NCBI GenBank assembly: GCA_965649825.1
Contig: OZ287706.1
Location: forward strand, 186,001 to 250,000
Reading direction: 5' to 3'
From: Penicillus capitatus
Taxonomy: Eukaryota; Plantae; Chlorophyta
DNA length: 64,000 bases
In this document: positions 61,374 through 64,000 of the stretch, piece by piece
How the letters are laid out: each line of letters opens with the position of its first letter
Position numbering within the stretch: the first letter of the stretch is position 1
Position numbers and translations under genes: made by a program
Notes under the pieces: generated by a model
What the model saw: only the letters and a program-made list of their open reading frames with translations
Databases searched by the model: none
What the model was told of the DNA's origin: nothing

Positions 61374-62898
61374 ATGAACAAGACGAAGCTGCATCCGCAA
61401 ACCGCTGCTGTAGCGCGAATAGTTTTGCTGACGATGGTCGTGCCTCTCAGCCATGCTTTTCCTTGGCAGAATGCGTGCGATTGCTCTTCCGATGGTCTGA
61501 GCAATGGCGTCGAAATCGAGAAGCCAAGATGCGCGCTACGGTCCGAGTCTCCGGTTGAGCCAACCTGCTTCGTCCAGAATTCGACGAACTGCGAGAAGGC
61601 CGTGAACTCAACTGAGTACCCTGGAGCTGCTTTCGCGCCGTGTTCCGTCTCGGAAGCTCTGTTCACCGCGGCAGAACTGGACGATGTCGATTCGATTGTC
61701 AGATTTCGCGAGCTCGGAGCTTCGTTGGACATCAAGAGACGCTTTCCTTACCCTTTTGTCAGATTTGGTTATCGAAGATTCTCGGTCGTCGAGTACGCCG
61801 CCATTTGGGGTAGCTTTCATGTCGTCGAAGACATGCTTCTCAATGACGATTTCAACTGCGACGACTCAATCTCTCTCTACTACAGACTCTGTCGTCTATC
61901 CAACGAACTACGCTGCCGCAAAAAGGACGAAAAAAGGAAAGCGATTGAGGACTTTATCGATTTGATCGTCACACAAACATGTGGACTGGTAAGCAGTTTG
62001 CAAAAGTGGCAAAGTCGATGGCCTTCTTGTAGAATGATGTCGAGCTTTTTATGGAAACGAGATCAGACGGGAGGTCGCTGGAAAAAGAAGTGTTTGTTGA
62101 GCGTGTTTATGGCGGCGTAGATGCTCGCTGCGATAGCTACACCTACTTCGCTTCTCTGCGCACGTCGTTAGACAATGGCTATCGTCATGTCTGCGGCGGC
62201 GTGCTCATATCGGAGAGGGCGGTGTTAACGGCCGCACATTGCGTGGATGGAACTGGAGGTTTGTCAATTCAGCTTGTTACGGTGAGCGCACGTGGCTCTG
62301 ATGACGACGGAAACGACTGTCACACCAATCCCTCTGAAGTGCTCCCTCCTTTTGTCTGTTATCCACATGAGCCCGCTTTTTCCTTTAGGCTCGTCGTGTG
62401 GCAGGAATCGAGATGCATCCGAAATGGTCTGTGGGCGAGAAGGCCAGAAGTTTGGGCAACGGATACGACTTGGCAGTGATCAAGCTGAATAAACCGTCCG
62501 AAAAGACGCCGATCAAGGTCCACGAAAAAACGAACATAACAGCGGATTTTTTGAACTTCGTTGGACTGGGAAGGCAATCTGTGGATAGTAGATTTGCATC
62601 TAATCTTCAGGTGTCCAGAGTGTCTGTTCTCAGTAAAGCAGATTGCGAGAAAGCATACGATACAACTTTCCAGAGAAATATCCTCTGTACGGATTATGAC
62701 TCGGAGTTCTGTGCTGGAGACGAAGGAGGACCGTTGATCGACACGACATCGAAACCGGAAGAACTTGTTGCCATTGCACATCTGAAACATCCGTCCGATG
62801 TCTGTGGGAACTCGGATTTCCCGGGACTCTATGCCGATGTCATAGAGTCAAGGAGCTGGATCACTGAGACAGTAACGAAGTTCTCCGAAGACTCGTGA
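61374..62898 (+). CDS. Secreted Cys-rich + ankyrin-like + S1 trypsin homologue lacking the catalytic Ser
   Basis: Signal peptide; CDCSSDG..C..CFV..C..S.EYPGAAFAPC; LFTAAELDD..; VCGGVLISERAVLTAAHC; DLAVIKL; FCAGDEGGPL (Ser replaced by Glu). Confidence 0.85.
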
Positions 62899-63855
62899 AG
62901 ACCTCTGAGTTCATTCGTACTTTTGATTCAATTGTTGCATGAGTTTTCTCTTCACGCAGTATTTTTTATTTTTGTTTAAGTGCTCGTTGCGTTTCTGGGC
63001 GTTTGAGGGTGGATGCTCTTTGGTCGAAGTAAAGGGGTTGTTTCCTAGCCTCCGACAATTCTCCAACTCACATGTCAACTGCGAACAAAGAAGTCACATA
63101 TGTGACATCACATTCAAACGTATACACCCCATTAACGTATTCCTAATCAGCTCCTTTAAAGCAGCTACTGGTTTGTTAGTGAGTGCACGCGTATCGTCAT
63201 AAACACGATCGAAGTTACAGAACTCCGCAAGCAAAAGAATCCTAAAATCGCCTCTGTTTGACAGACTATTGCAAAGCCTTCTGTGCCGTTTCACAATGCG
63301 AAATTTTTCTGCTCAAGATGACTGCGCCGCGTCTGTGCGCATCCAGAGAACGGCATCTATACAAGGCAACGTGTAATATACAACAATGGCGTCTGTTTTA
63401 TACCACCAGAATCCGAACAGAGTAATAGGATGGACACGCGGGACCTTGAAGGCCTACCGGTAGAGCGCACTCAAGACGTATGTGGCGATCTAGGGATGTG
63501 ATCTTCCGAATGGACGCATTCATGCCGATCATTAGGCAGATAGACAGACAGTGTTTGAGTTACATAGTCATTCTGAGGCGGCGTTTTCATGGTGTTTATT
63601 GAGACATCGCACAAGGTGTTGAACCACTTCTGCGAGAAAGACTCGATTGGCAAAACAAGAAAAGAGAGTATGAGATTAAACTAACTTGGTCGGCTCTTCG
63701 GCAGGTAAGATACTTAAACGTTAGTGCCGAAGAGTACTAGTCGCTGCAGTCTGTAAACACTCGTTCGCTGTAATAGAAGCACAAAATCAGTCATACATGC
63801 CAGAGCTCACTCCTTGTCCACTTCAACCGTTCGTAAGGACCTGGGTGCGTAGGGC

Positions 63856-64000
63856 AGTCAATCATCGGGCAATGCCGAAAGTCGTCACAGTCAATCATCG
63901 GGCAATGCCGAAAGTCGTCACGAGTGCGCGGCGGTCGTCACTGGACGGACGACGCGGATACGGCGAATACGGTGGGCATATGTTGAAGTCGGCGCGTTCT
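63856..64000 (+). repeat. Second, inverted copy of the 54.7-55.05 kb repeat (runs off the window), preceded by a 33-nt direct duplication
   Basis: agtcaatcatcgggcaatgccgaaagtcgtcac twice (63856-63921). The final ggacgacgcggatacggcgaatacggtgggcatatgttgaagtcggcgcgttct is the exact reverse complement of about 54948-55001. Confidence 0.9.

Noticed and set aside
63094-63520. Minus-strand fragment PRVHPITLFGFWWYKTDAIVVYY faintly like the OSCA/TMEM63 loop
   Set aside because: One short motif among several stops; cannot be supported without a profile search.

Overview
Compact, intron-rich eukaryotic nuclear DNA read with the standard genetic code. It holds about 25 genes split by very short (about 44-75 nt) GT-AG introns plus a few GC-AG introns. 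Gene content (plastid-type G6PD, GNOM-like ARF-GEF, axonemal dynein, four-domain Cav channel, secreted Cys-rich/trypsin and beta-helix families) points to a chlorophyte green alga, plausibly an ulvophyte/Bryopsidales; this is an inference. Exon joins were traced by eye, so gene ends are approximate where stated. Most striking observations: (1) the 9-mer TGATGTGAC/GTCACATCA occurs at least 20 times where about 0.5 is expected, 12 of them inside short introns, in both orientations, and many introns fold back on themselves; (2) a secreted protein whose mature N-terminus is a His-brace (LPMO-like) domain, fused through EGF repeats to two DOMON domains that retain Met/His heme-ligand positions; (3) a four-domain Ca-channel with a G/E/D/D selectivity ring; (4) a dynein heavy chain that stops before its motor; (5) a LisH plus homeodomain-like gene; (6) a tRNA-derived Pol III/SINE-like repeat in two inverted copies; (7) a Kazal gene built by exon+intron duplication near tandem catalytically dead trypsin homologues.
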